A stretch of 64,000 bases of DNA from Eubacteriales bacterium (GCA_045546615.1 JAZQDD010000020.1:972-64971), one strand, 5' to 3'. Numbered from the stretch's first letter, positions 44,892-54,580 are shown. Numbers and translations are program-made. The notes: generated by a model not told the origin, from the sequence alone.

Positions 44892-47027
44892 ATGGCAGAA
44901 AAGATGAAAAGTAATATTTCTCCGTCCTCGCCCGTCAGCGTGCTGTCGGGTGTCGGTGCTACGCGTGCGGCGGCTTATGCCAAGGCGGGCGTTACAACGC
45001 TTGAGGAGCTTCTTTACCACATCCCCCGCGCCTACGAAAACAGGGGCGATATAAGACCGCTTTCCGAGTCTTATACGGGCGGCGGAAAGTCCGCGCTCGT
45101 GCTTACGATAGGAACGGAGCCGCGTGCGGCAAAGCTGCGCGGGAGAATGACGGTGATAAAGCTCCGCGCGTTTGATGAAAGCGGAACTTGCGAGCTGACG
45201 TTTTTTAATCAGCCGTATTTAAAGCAGACCTTCACCGTTGGCAGTGAGTGGCGTTTTTACGGCGTAGTGGAGCGCAAGGAAACACGCAGCGGCGTAAAGT
45301 ATTTTATGACCTCGCCTGCGTTTGAGCCGTGGCGAGAGGGCGCACTCCCCGATTTTTGCGCGGTATATCCGCTTTCCGAGGGGCTTACGCAAAAGCAGGT
45401 GGCGGCAAACGCCGCCGAGGCTATGAGGTACTGTCTGCCGCACCTGTCTGACCATCTGCCCGAAGAGGTCAGGACGTCGCGCGGACTTTGTACGCTTGCC
45501 TTTGCTATACGGAACATACACTCGCCCGAAAGCTATTCGGCTCTCGCGGCGGCAAAGCGCAGACTGATATTTGACGAGCTGTTTTTCTTTTCCCTCGGAC
45601 TTGCTATGCAAAATAAGAGGGTGAAAAAAAGCGGCGCGTTCCCCTGCAAAAAGCAGAATATATCCCCGATGTTATCCCTGCTCGGCTACGAGCTTACGGG
45701 CGCGCAAAAGCGCGTTATCAGCGAGATAGCCGCCGATATGCGCACGGACGTGCCGATGAGCCGTATCGTCGTCGGAGACGTTGGATGCGGCAAGACCGCA
45801 GTTGCGGCGGCGGCGATGTATATCGCCGCGCTGAACGGCAGGCAGTCCGCGCTTATGGCGCCCACCGAGATACTCGCACGCCAGCATTTCGAGGACTTAT
45901 CTCCGCTTTTTGAAAAGCTCGGACTTAAATGTGCGCTTCTCGTCGGCGCGACAACGGCGGCGGAGAAAAAGCGTATCCGCGCCGCACTCGCAAGCGAGGG
46001 CGAGGACAGGTGCGACATCGTTATCGGTACTCACGCGCTTATTTCGTCGGGAGTTGAGTTTTCGTCCCTTTCGCTCGTCGTGACGGACGAACAGCACCGC
46101 TTCGGCGTGGCACAGCGCGCGGCGCTTGCGGCAAAGGCGCAGAACGTTCACGTTCTCGCCATGAGCGCAACTCCCATACCCCGTTCGCTTGCGCTTGCCG
46201 TATACGGTGACCTTGATATATCAAAAATCGACGAGATGCCTGCGGGCAGACAGCGCGTGGACACCTTTACGGTGGACGAGAGCTATCGCAGGCGGCTTAA
46301 TGCATTTATTGAAAAGACCGCCGCAGAGGGCGGTCAGGTGTACGTGGTTTGCCCCGCGATAGAGGAAAACACAACGCCGAGCGGCGAGGTGGAGCTTTCG
46401 GATATCGGCATGGACGGTATCGAGCAAAAGCCGCCGCTTAAAGCCGCCACCGTTTACGCCGAGGAGCTTTCCGAGGCTTTGCCGAGCGTTAGCGTTGCGC
46501 TTATCCACGGCAAGATGAAGGCGGCAGAGAAGGAAGCGATAATGACCACGTTCTCGGCGGGGGATATCGACGTGCTGGTGTCCACCACCGTTATCGAGGT
46601 CGGCGTGAACGTGCCGAACGCCTCGCTCATGATAGTTGAAAATGCGGAACGCTTCGGACTCTCACAGCTCCATCAGCTACGCGGCAGAGTGGGCAGAGGA
46701 GCGCGCAAATCATACTGCGTTCTCGTCTCCGACACGCACAGCCCCACCTCGCGCAAGCGGCTTGAGACGATGCGCGACAATTACGACGGCTTTGCTATTG
46801 CCGAGGCAGACCTTGAATCCCGAGGTCCGGGTGACTTTTTCGGCAAGGACGGCGGCATACGGCAAAGCGGCGGTGTGAGATTCAGATTTGCCGACCTTTG
46901 CGGTGACGCTTCACTCCTCGCCGCGGCTACCGAGTCGGCACACGCCCTGCTTGCGGCAGACCCCGCACTTGACGGTCATATTGAGCTTAAAAGAATAATG
47001 ACGGAAATGCTTTCCGTCACGGATTGA
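44892..47027 (+). CDS. recG: ATP-dependent DNA helicase RecG
   Basis: 711 aa. Wedge domain, Walker A GDVGCGKT, DEQHRFG, QLHQLRGRVGRG. Confidence 0.95.
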   Translation: MAEKMKSNISPSSPVSVLSGVGATRAAAYAKAGVTTLEELLYHIPRAYENRGDIRPLSESYTGGGKSALVLTIGTEPRAAKLRGRMTVIKLRAFDESGTCELTFFNQPYLKQTFTVGSEWRFYGVVERKETRSGVKYFMTSPAFEPWREGALPDFCAVYPLSEGLTQKQVAANAAEAMRYCLPHLSDHLPEEVRTSRGLCTLAFAIRNIHSPESYSALAAAKRRLIFDELFFFSLGLAMQNKRVKKSGAFPCKKQNISPMLSLLGYELTGAQKRVISEIAADMRTDVPMSRIVVGDVGCGKTAVAAAAMYIAALNGRQSALMAPTEILARQHFEDLSPLFEKLGLKCALLVGATTAAEKKRIRAALASEGEDRCDIVIGTHALISSGVEFSSLSLVVTDEQHRFGVAQRAALAAKAQNVHVLAMSATPIPRSLALAVYGDLDISKIDEMPAGRQRVDTFTVDESYRRRLNAFIEKTAAEGGQVYVVCPAIEENTTPSGEVELSDIGMDGIEQKPPLKAATVYAEELSEALPSVSVALIHGKMKAAEKEAIMTTFSAGDIDVLVSTTVIEVGVNVPNASLMIVENAERFGLSQLHQLRGRVGRGARKSYCVLVSDTHSPTSRKRLETMRDNYDGFAIAEADLESRGPGDFFGKDGGIRQSGGVRFRFADLCGDASLLAAATESAHALLAADPALDGHIELKRIMTEMLSVTD

Positions 47028-47043
47028 TGAAAGGATATATATT

Positions 47044-47652
47044 ATGGAAAAATCAAGAGGAATTATCGTAGTAGACGCGGGCCACGGCGAAAAGGGCAAC
47101 CCCCACACCACGCGCGAGGGATTTTACGAGGGAACGCAGAACTATAAGCTCTCGCTTTATCTTCGTGACGAGCTTGTGGCTCGCGGTTTTGAGGTAAAGC
47201 TCACGCGTGAGCAGGTAACAGACGACCCCGAGCTTATGTGGCGCGGCGGTATCGCGGGCGAGATAGGTGCTGTAATGTTCATCTCGCTCCATTCAAACGC
47301 CCCCTCTACGAGCATTCCGCCCGAGGAATACATAGCCACACGCGGCGTTGAGACCTACTATTCCGTCAAGGACCTTGAGGGCAACGCCCCCATCGCGAAG
47401 GCGCTCAACGACGCCGTTATCGGCGTTATGAATACCGCTGACCGCGGCATTAAGATACGCCGTTCAAATGAAAATCCCGACGAGGATTTCTACCGCGTTA
47501 TCAGAAGCGCGGCAAATTCGGGATGCGTACGCGCCTTCCTGGTTGAGCACGGCTTCCACACCAATCCTGAGGACTCCGCAATGCTCCGGAGCGACGAGTA
47601 TCTTGCAAGAATCGCCAAGGCAGAGGCAGAGGTCATCGATAAATTCTTTTAA
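47044..47652 (+). CDS. N-acetylmuramoyl-L-alanine amidase (Amidase_3 family)
   Basis: IVVDAGHGE, SLHSNA, VEHGFHTN. Confidence 0.85.
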   Translation: MEKSRGIIVVDAGHGEKGNPHTTREGFYEGTQNYKLSLYLRDELVARGFEVKLTREQVTDDPELMWRGGIAGEIGAVMFISLHSNAPSTSIPPEEYIATRGVETYYSVKDLEGNAPIAKALNDAVIGVMNTADRGIKIRRSNENPDEDFYRVIRSAANSGCVRAFLVEHGFHTNPEDSAMLRSDEYLARIAKAEAEVIDKFF

Positions 47653-47669
47653 TAAGAAAGGGCGCATAA

Positions 47670-48362
47670 ATGAGCCTTGATACGTCAAGAACGGAATATA
47701 TTTTGGGCAAGGACGGTTGCCGCCGTCTTGCCGAGGCGCGCGTTCTCGTTTTCGGCGTCGGCGGTGTCGGCGGACATCTGTGCCAGGCGCTTGCCCGCGC
47801 GGGTGTCGGCGCGATAACGGTGATTGACGGTGACGACGTTGCCCCCTCGAACATAAACAGACAGATAATCGCTCTATCCACCACCGTCGGCAGAGCGAAG
47901 GTCGAGGTCGTAAAGGAGCGTATCGCCCTGATAAATCCCGAGTGCAAGGTAGAGGCGAAAAAGCTGTTTTATCTGCCCGAAAATGCGGACGAGATAGATT
48001 TTTCCGCCTATGATTTTGTTGCCGACGCGGTAGATACCGTCGCGGCAAAGGTGGATATAATCTGCCGCGCAAGCGCGGCGGGTGTCGGCGTGATATCCTC
48101 GATGGGCGCGGGAAATAAGCTGTATCCCGAGCGTTTTCGCGTGTCGGATATATACGAGACGTCCGTTTGCCCGCTGGCGCGAGTGATGCGCCGTGAGCTG
48201 AAAGCTCGCGGGATAAGCGCACTTACGGTGGTGTGGTCGGACGAGCCGCCCATAGCGCCGAAGGTTGCCGTCGAGGGACGCGCACCGGGCAGTATCTCCT
48301 TCGTTCCCGCCGCCGCGGGACTTGTCATGGCGGGCGAGATAGTGCGCAGATTGGCATTGTGA
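47670..48362 (+). CDS. tcdA: ThiF/TcdA-family tRNA threonylcarbamoyladenosine dehydratase
   Basis: Rossmann motif VFGVGGVGG, NINRQ, and a length of ~230 aa. Confidence 0.85.
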   Translation: MSLDTSRTEYILGKDGCRRLAEARVLVFGVGGVGGHLCQALARAGVGAITVIDGDDVAPSNINRQIIALSTTVGRAKVEVVKERIALINPECKVEAKKLFYLPENADEIDFSAYDFVADAVDTVAAKVDIICRASAAGVGVISSMGAGNKLYPERFRVSDIYETSVCPLARVMRRELKARGISALTVVWSDEPPIAPKVAVEGRAPGSISFVPAAAGLVMAGEIVRRLAL

Positions 48363-48400
48363 TTTTTTTTCGGGGGTTTTGAAAATTTTTTCAAAACCCC

Positions 48401-48429
48401 TTGACAAAGCAAACTCACTGTGTTAAAAT
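48401..48429 (+). promoter_or_regulatory. promoter of the Leu T-box leader
   Basis: TTGACA-N17-TAAAAT, directly after the tcdA terminator hairpin (GGGGTTTTGAAAA/TTTTCAAAACCCC). Confidence 0.7.
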
Positions 48430-48435
48430 GACTTT

Positions 48436-48700
48436 GTAAATTTCAAAAATCAAACGCAATGACGGAAAATGTGTATGTGAAAAGCGTTTCAGAGAGCCGA
48501 CGGCAGCTGTGAGTCGGTACGCGGTCACGATGCACTCTCATTCCCGAGTGGGACATTTGAAAGGGTGTCACGGATGCCACCGTTACAGGGCAGGGAGCTG
48601 TTAGGCTCTTGTAAAGGAGGTCGCGTAAGCGGCAATTTGGGTGGTACCGCGGTTTTTATCGTCCCTGAAGCAATGGCTTCGGGGGTTTTTTGTTTTTTAC
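48436..48700 (+). promoter_or_regulatory. T-box riboswitch leader, specifier CUC (Leu)
   Basis: AGAGAG bulge and GCAGCTGTGAG distal loop. T-box sequence AATTTGGGTGGTACCGCGG (48634-48652). Terminator CCCTGAAGC-AATG-GCTTCGGGG plus T-run. CTC-A (48537-48540) sits directly before helix TTCC, which pairs with GGAA. Confidence 0.9.
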
Positions 48701-48744
48701 GGCAATCCCACAAAATCAAAATTTTTTCAAGAGAGGTTCTAACT

Positions 48745-50157
48745 ATGAACGCAAACGCAAGAAGGATCAGAATATCGGACGCAACCATCCGCACGGGTGC
48801 GGGGGGCTATACCTTTAAGGAAAAGCTCGAGGTGCTTCGTATGCTTGGCAGGATAGGGGCTGACATCATCGAGCTTGGCTCTATCAGCGAGACGGAGGCA
48901 AAGAGCGATGCGCTTCTTTACCGCACCGCAAGCGCGATCCTTGACGATTGCACGCTTTCCCTCACCGTGAGTGCAGATAAGGCGGGTATAGATGCGGCTT
49001 GGGCTGCCATCGGCGGCGCAACAAGCCCGAGACTTTCCGTAGCTCTCCCCGTTTCCACCGTTCAGGCTGAATACATATATCATAAAAAGCCCGAGGCGAT
49101 GATCGCCGTCATCAGCGACACGGTATCATACGCCAAGAGTCTTGGCGCAGAGGTCGAATTCCGTGCGCTTGACTCAACAAGATGCGAGCTTGACTATCTT
49201 ATTACTGCCGCAAAGACTGCGGCGGAAGCGGGCGCGTCGGTAATTACCGTTTGCGACACATCGGGCGAGTCTCTCCCCGATGAGATAGCCGCCATCGTTT
49301 CATCTCTTCGCGCCGCGCTTGACGGTGTCAGCATCGGCGTTGAATGCTCCGATGCCATGGGACTTGCAAACGCCGCCGCCCTTGCCGCCATCGCGGCGGG
49401 AGCTGACGAGGTCAGCACCGTATTCTGCCGCGGCGGAGTATCCGTTTGCGACCTTGCCGCCGCCCTTGCGATAAAGGGTGATGCGATGGGCGTAACGCTT
49501 CGCATCGACACCACAAAGCTCTCCAGCACCGCCGACAGAGTTTCCCACCTTTCGGGCGACCGTCACGGCAAGAGCGTAAAGAGCGTAGTTTCCGCCTACG
49601 AGGATAGGGAGATCCCCACCGATGCCGATATTATAACGGTTGGTGAGGCTGCCGCCGCCATCGGATACAGCCTGACCGAGGACGACAGAGCAAAGGTATA
49701 CGAGTCTCTTCGCCGCCTCGGTGAAAAGACGGGCAGAAAGAGTATTACCGCACGTGAGCTTGACGCGATCGTTGCCGCCGATGCTTTGCAGGTGCCCCCC
49801 ACCTACCACCTTGTTTCTTACCTTATAAACAGCGGTAATACCATCAGCGCCACCGCGCAGATCACCCTTGACAAGAACGGTGAGATGATGACGGGACTTT
49901 GCGCGGGTGACGGCCCTATTGACGCCGCTTTCCGTGCTATCGAGCAGATACTCGGTTACCGCTACGAGCTTGACGATTTCCGCATCAGCTCCGTTACCGA
50001 GGGCAAGGGTGCGATGGGTGATGCGCTCGTCCGTCTGCGCTACGACGGTAAGCTCTATTCGGGAAGGGGACTTTCCACCGACATTATCGGCGCTTCCATC
50101 AGAGCCTACGTCAGCGCGCTGAACAAGATAGTATACGAACAGAACAACTCAAAATAA
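48745..50157 (+). CDS. 2-isopropylmalate/citramalate synthase-like protein with degenerate catalytic motifs (probable pseudoenzyme) and intact LeuA C-terminal regulatory domain
   Basis: GAGAGG RBS before ATG 48745 (the longer ORF from 48565 overlaps the T-box). Collinear with LeuA, but DTTLRDGEQ is DATIRTGAGG and HxH-NDLG is ECSDAMG. The C-terminus GDGPIDAAFRAIEQI...GRGLSTDIIGASIRAYVSALNK is conserved. Confidence 0.8.
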   Translation: MNANARRIRISDATIRTGAGGYTFKEKLEVLRMLGRIGADIIELGSISETEAKSDALLYRTASAILDDCTLSLTVSADKAGIDAAWAAIGGATSPRLSVALPVSTVQAEYIYHKKPEAMIAVISDTVSYAKSLGAEVEFRALDSTRCELDYLITAAKTAAEAGASVITVCDTSGESLPDEIAAIVSSLRAALDGVSIGVECSDAMGLANAAALAAIAAGADEVSTVFCRGGVSVCDLAAALAIKGDAMGVTLRIDTTKLSSTADRVSHLSGDRHGKSVKSVVSAYEDREIPTDADIITVGEAAAAIGYSLTEDDRAKVYESLRRLGEKTGRKSITARELDAIVAADALQVPPTYHLVSYLINSGNTISATAQITLDKNGEMMTGLCAGDGPIDAAFRAIEQILGYRYELDDFRISSVTEGKGAMGDALVRLRYDGKLYSGRGLSTDIIGASIRAYVSALNKIVYEQNNSK

Positions 50158-50175
50158 TAAAAGGAATTATCCAAA

Positions 50176-52707
50176 ATGAAACTTTCACTTTCCACAAACG
50201 GTTGGGAATCCTACGGCTGGGGTAAGCTCTTTGACGCGTTTCGTGATGCGGGCATCGAGGGTATCGAGCTTCACGGCATAGCTTCTCCCGAGCTTTCGGG
50301 CGCGGGCAAGCCCTTTTCCACCGAAAATATAAAGACCACCGCGCGCAGATTTTCAAACGTCGGAGTCACCGTTACCTGTGTTGATTCTCTCTCGGACATC
50401 TCTCTTACCGATCCCGACGCGATAGATGCGGCGATATATGAGATAGAGGAGTGCATTGCCGCCGCGCGTGACCTGCGTTGCAGATTTGTAAGGATCCACG
50501 CGTTTGGTGAGGATAAGGGCGAGACTACCGACGCCGCCGTGCGCCGTATGATAATGCGCCTGCTGCCCACCTCGGTAAATATGGGCGTTACGCTTCTTGT
50601 TGAGACCGCTGGCATCTACGCCGATACCGCGCGTCTTTGCGAGCTTCTCAATTCCTTTGCATCCGACAACGTTGGCGCACTTTGGGATATGCACCATCCG
50701 TACAGATATTGCGGCGAGGACCCCGAGCTTACCATACAGCGTCTCGGCGCGTACGTCAAGCACGTCCACATCCGCGATTCCGTAAAGAACGCCTCGGGCG
50801 ATGCGGACTTCTGCCTGATGGGTGACGGCGACCTTCCCGTTGCGGAAATGCTTGACGCGCTTGATTCCGTCGGCTACGGCGGATACATCAGCTACGAGTG
50901 CGCGCAGGGCGTTATCGAGGAGTTCGGTGCGGCGGAGATAGTTCTGCCTCATTTTGTAAGTTATATGCAAAAATTCGGCAAAAGCCAGCCGTCGATGTCA
51001 CGCCTGCCCGAAAACCGTTCAAGAACGGGACGTTTCGTTTGGCAGAAAAACGAGCTTATCGACCTCACCTTCCCGCAGGTGCTTGACAAAATGGTTGAGG
51101 AATTTCCCGACCAGCTCGCGTTCAAGTACACCACGCTCGATTACACCCGCACCTACTCGCAATTCCGTGACGACGTTGACAGCTTTGCACGCGCCCTCAT
51201 CGCTATGGGTGTTGGTGTTGGCGATCACGTTGCTATCTGGGCGACCAACGTCCCCGCGTGGTTTATCACCTTCTGGGCGGCTACCAAGATAGGCGCGGTG
51301 CTTGTTACCGTAAATACCGCGTACAAGATACATGAGGCGGAATATCTTTTCCGTCAGTCCGATACACACACGCTCGTTATGGTGGAGAGCTGCCGTGATT
51401 CCGATTACCGCGCCATCATCAACGAGATTTGCCCCGAGATCGCCTCGACTCCCTCGGGTCAGCCGCTTCATTGCAAACGGCTTCCGTTTTTGCGCAACGT
51501 CGTTACCGTCGGTTTTTCGATGGCGGGCGGCGTGACGCTTGAGGATGCTATACGAATGGGCGAGAGCGTTCCCGCCGAGGAAGTATCAAGGCGTGCCGCC
51601 GCAGTCCGTCCCGACGACGTGGCGAATATGCAGTACACCTCGGGAACTACGGGCTTCCCCAAGGGCGTTATGCTCACTCACCGCAATATAGTAAATAACG
51701 GCAAATGTATAGGCGACAGAATGGACCTTTCCACCGCCGACCGTATGATGATACAAGTGCCGATGTTCCATTGCTTCGGAATGGTGCTGTCAATGACGTC
51801 GTCAATGACGCACGGCGCAACGCTCCTTCCCATGCCGTATTTCAGCCCCAAATCCTCGCTTGCGTGCGTTCAGGCAGAGCGCATAACCGTATTTAACGGC
51901 GTTCCCACCATGTTTATCGCTATGCAGTCGCATCCCGACTTTGCAAAGACTGATTTTTCGTCCGTCCGTACGGGCATCATGGCAGGCTCTAACTGCCCTG
52001 CCGACCTTATGCTCAGCGCAACAAAGACGATGAATATGACCGAGATCATAAGCGTCTACGGTCAGACCGAGGCATCCCCCGGCTGTACTATGAGCTGTGT
52101 TGACGATCCGCTCGAGGCGCGTGTAGGCACTGTTGGTCACGCCTTCCCGAACGTTGAGTGCAAGATAATCGATCCCGAAACGGGACTTGATCTGCCCGAC
52201 GGCGAGAACGGTGAGTTCGTTGCGCGCGGATATAACATAATGAAGGGCTATTACAAGATGCCCCGCGCAACGCGTGAGGCAATTGATAGCGACGGCTGGC
52301 TTCATACGGGTGACATCGCCTGCCGCGATGCTGACGGAAACTATCGCATCACCGGCAGACTCAAGGATATGATAATCCGCGGCGGAGAGAATATCTACCC
52401 CCGCGAACTTGAGGAATTCCTCTTTACGCACCCCAAGGTCAGCGATGTTCAGGTCGTAGGCGTTCCCGACAAGAGATACGGCGAGGAATGTATGGCTTGG
52501 GTAATTCCGAAGGACGGCGAAACTCTCACCGCTGAGGAACTTCGCGAGTATTCGCTGGAGCGCATGGCTCGCCATAAAGTGCCGAGATACATCCATATCT
52601 GCTCGACCTTCCCGATGAACGATGCGGGCAAGATACTCAAATACAAGATGCGCGAGTGGGGTGCCGAGATGATAGCAGACCCAGAAAATCCCCTCTCCAA
52701 GCAGTAA
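50176..52707 (+). CDS. fusion protein: xylose-isomerase-like TIM barrel (N-terminal) plus AMP-dependent acyl-CoA ligase (C-terminal)
   Basis: 843 aa. The first ~280 aa look like a sugar-phosphate isomerase/epimerase fold (GIEGIELHG, LLVETAG, HVHIRD). The remainder has MQYTSGTTGFPKGVMLTH, YGQTE, LHTGD, GRLKDMIIRGGENIYP. Confidence 0.85.
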   Translation: MKLSLSTNGWESYGWGKLFDAFRDAGIEGIELHGIASPELSGAGKPFSTENIKTTARRFSNVGVTVTCVDSLSDISLTDPDAIDAAIYEIEECIAAARDLRCRFVRIHAFGEDKGETTDAAVRRMIMRLLPTSVNMGVTLLVETAGIYADTARLCELLNSFASDNVGALWDMHHPYRYCGEDPELTIQRLGAYVKHVHIRDSVKNASGDADFCLMGDGDLPVAEMLDALDSVGYGGYISYECAQGVIEEFGAAEIVLPHFVSYMQKFGKSQPSMSRLPENRSRTGRFVWQKNELIDLTFPQVLDKMVEEFPDQLAFKYTTLDYTRTYSQFRDDVDSFARALIAMGVGVGDHVAIWATNVPAWFITFWAATKIGAVLVTVNTAYKIHEAEYLFRQSDTHTLVMVESCRDSDYRAIINEICPEIASTPSGQPLHCKRLPFLRNVVTVGFSMAGGVTLEDAIRMGESVPAEEVSRRAAAVRPDDVANMQYTSGTTGFPKGVMLTHRNIVNNGKCIGDRMDLSTADRMMIQVPMFHCFGMVLSMTSSMTHGATLLPMPYFSPKSSLACVQAERITVFNGVPTMFIAMQSHPDFAKTDFSSVRTGIMAGSNCPADLMLSATKTMNMTEIISVYGQTEASPGCTMSCVDDPLEARVGTVGHAFPNVECKIIDPETGLDLPDGENGEFVARGYNIMKGYYKMPRATREAIDSDGWLHTGDIACRDADGNYRITGRLKDMIIRGGENIYPRELEEFLFTHPKVSDVQVVGVPDKRYGEECMAWVIPKDGETLTAEELREYSLERMARHKVPRYIHICSTFPMNDAGKILKYKMREWGAEMIADPENPLSKQ

Positions 52708-52790
52708 TATTTGTAAATTCAAAAAATATAGTGCATTTTGCGCTGTAATGTGATATAATTGACTTAACCTAAAACTTAAGGAGAAAAACT

Positions 52791-53855
52791 ATGGAAATCA
52801 AGATTACAAGAACTACAACCCCCAAGGCAAAGCCCGCAAAAGGTCAGGCTCTCGGCTTTGGCAAGATATTTACCGACCACATGTTTATGATGAATTACAC
52901 CGAGGGCAAGGGCTGGCACGATGCCAGAATCGAGCCTTTCCACAATATCGAGCTTTCCCCTGCCTGCGTGGTATTCCACTACGGTCAGGAGATGTTCGAG
53001 GGACTCAAGGCTTATCGCGGAGTTGACGGCAAGGTTCGCCTTTTCCGCCCCGAGATGAACGCCCGCCGTACCAACGCTTCGAACAAGCGTCTTTGCATCC
53101 CCGAGCTTCCCGAGGATATGTTCGTAGAGGCTGTTCGCGCAGTCGTTGACGTTGATGCGGATTGGATACCCACCGACGACGGCACTTCGCTCTACATCCG
53201 CCCCTTCATCATCGGTACTGATGAATTCCTCGGCGTTGCCCCCTCAAAGACCTACCTTTTCTGCGTAATTCTTTCTCCCTCGGGAGCATACTACGCTGAC
53301 GGACTCAAGCCCGTCGGCATTTGGATCGAGGACGATTACGTAAGAGCCGTTCGCGGCGGTATGGGCTTTGCAAAGACGGGCGGTAACTACGCTTGCTCCC
53401 TCGCGGCTCAGGTAAAGGCGCATGACGACGGATATTCTCAGGTACTTTGGCTTGACGGCGTTGAGAGAAAGTACATTGAGGAAGTTGGCGCGATGAACAT
53501 CTTCTTCAAGATCGGCGGCAAGGTAGTAACTCCCATGCTCAACGGCTCTATCCTCCCCGGTATCACCCGTGACAGCGTTCTTACGCTCTGCCGCGCGTGG
53601 GGACTTGACGTTGAGGAGCGCAAGATCTCCGTTGACGAGCTTATCGAGGCTCAAAAGAACGGTACGCTCGAGGAAGTTTTCGGAACGGGTACTGCCGCAG
53701 TTATCTCTCCCGTCGGCAAGCTCCGCTACGTTGACGAGGTAATGACCATCGGTGACGGCTCTATCGGCCCGCTCAGCCAGAAGCTCTATGATACCGTAAC
53801 GGGTATCCAGTGGGGCAAGGTAGAGGACACCATGGGCTGGACACAGACCGTCTGA
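52791..53855 (+). CDS. ilvE: branched-chain amino acid aminotransferase
   Basis: AAGGAG RBS. 354 aa. Contains FEGLKAYR, a class IV aminotransferase pattern, GGNYA, EVGAMNIFF, PGITR. Confidence 0.93.
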   Translation: MEIKITRTTTPKAKPAKGQALGFGKIFTDHMFMMNYTEGKGWHDARIEPFHNIELSPACVVFHYGQEMFEGLKAYRGVDGKVRLFRPEMNARRTNASNKRLCIPELPEDMFVEAVRAVVDVDADWIPTDDGTSLYIRPFIIGTDEFLGVAPSKTYLFCVILSPSGAYYADGLKPVGIWIEDDYVRAVRGGMGFAKTGGNYACSLAAQVKAHDDGYSQVLWLDGVERKYIEEVGAMNIFFKIGGKVVTPMLNGSILPGITRDSVLTLCRAWGLDVEERKISVDELIEAQKNGTLEEVFGTGTAAVISPVGKLRYVDEVMTIGDGSIGPLSQKLYDTVTGIQWGKVEDTMGWTQTV

Positions 53856-53856
53856 T

Positions 53857-54573
53857 ATGGAGTCGATCCTTAACAGAAACGCCAGAGTCACGCTTTTTGC
53901 GGGACACTACGGAAGCGGAAAAAGCACGGCGGCAATAGCGTTTGCCGCCGCGCTCCGCGCCAAATTTCCGCACGAAAGGCTGACTCTTGCAGACCTTGAT
54001 ATAGTAAATCCGTATTTCCGTACGACCGACTGTGCCGAGCTGCTTCGCTCGCTTGGTGTGGAGGTGGTCGCATCGGATTTTGCAGGTACTAACGTCGACG
54101 TTCCCGCCCTGCCGGGCGCGGCGTACTCGCTTATTGAAAGGCGAGACGTACGCTCAATTATCGACGTCGGCGGTGATGACCGCGGCGCACTTGCGCTCGG
54201 ACGTTACGTTCCCGCCCTCAAGGAGGAGGGAAGCTACGATATGCTTGCCGTTATCAATCCCTACCGTCCGCTGACAAGAAATGCCGCGGACACCGCAGAG
54301 GTGCTTCGCGAGATAGAGGCGGCGTGCGGCTTGGCTTTTACGGCGATACTTAACAATCCCGCCCTCGGTGTTAACACCACCGCTGACAGCGTGGTGTCGG
54401 CAACGCCCTACGCGCTTGCCGTCAGTGAGGCTATGGGCATTCCCGTGGCGTTCACCATGGCGCGCGAGGATCTGTGCGGCGAGCTTGCGACGAGAAGCGC
54501 AGAGCTGCCCGCAGACGGGCTTTTGCTGCCGTTTGCCCATAAAATCGCCCACGGCGGCATAGTTAACGGATAA
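53857..54573 (+). CDS. P-loop NTPase of unknown function (MinD/CooC-like SIMIBI type)
   Basis: Start is 2 nt after the ilvE stop. Walker A-like FAGHYGSGKST and a Walker B-like IIDVGGDD. Confidence 0.65.
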   Translation: MESILNRNARVTLFAGHYGSGKSTAAIAFAAALRAKFPHERLTLADLDIVNPYFRTTDCAELLRSLGVEVVASDFAGTNVDVPALPGAAYSLIERRDVRSIIDVGGDDRGALALGRYVPALKEEGSYDMLAVINPYRPLTRNAADTAEVLREIEAACGLAFTAILNNPALGVNTTADSVVSATPYALAVSEAMGIPVAFTMAREDLCGELATRSAELPADGLLLPFAHKIAHGGIVNG

Positions 54574-54580
54574 AATTGTA

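Noticed and set aside
48565-48744. N-terminal 60-codon extension of the LeuA-like ORF
   Set aside because: The extension covers the T-box core and its terminator. A GAGAGG RBS precedes the ATG at 48745, where LeuA homology begins. Extensions of 3479, 7126, 8338, 17494, 17523, 24470, 36462, 41523, 42443, 57242 and 61861 were trimmed to internal starts on similar RBS, signal-peptide or promoter evidence.
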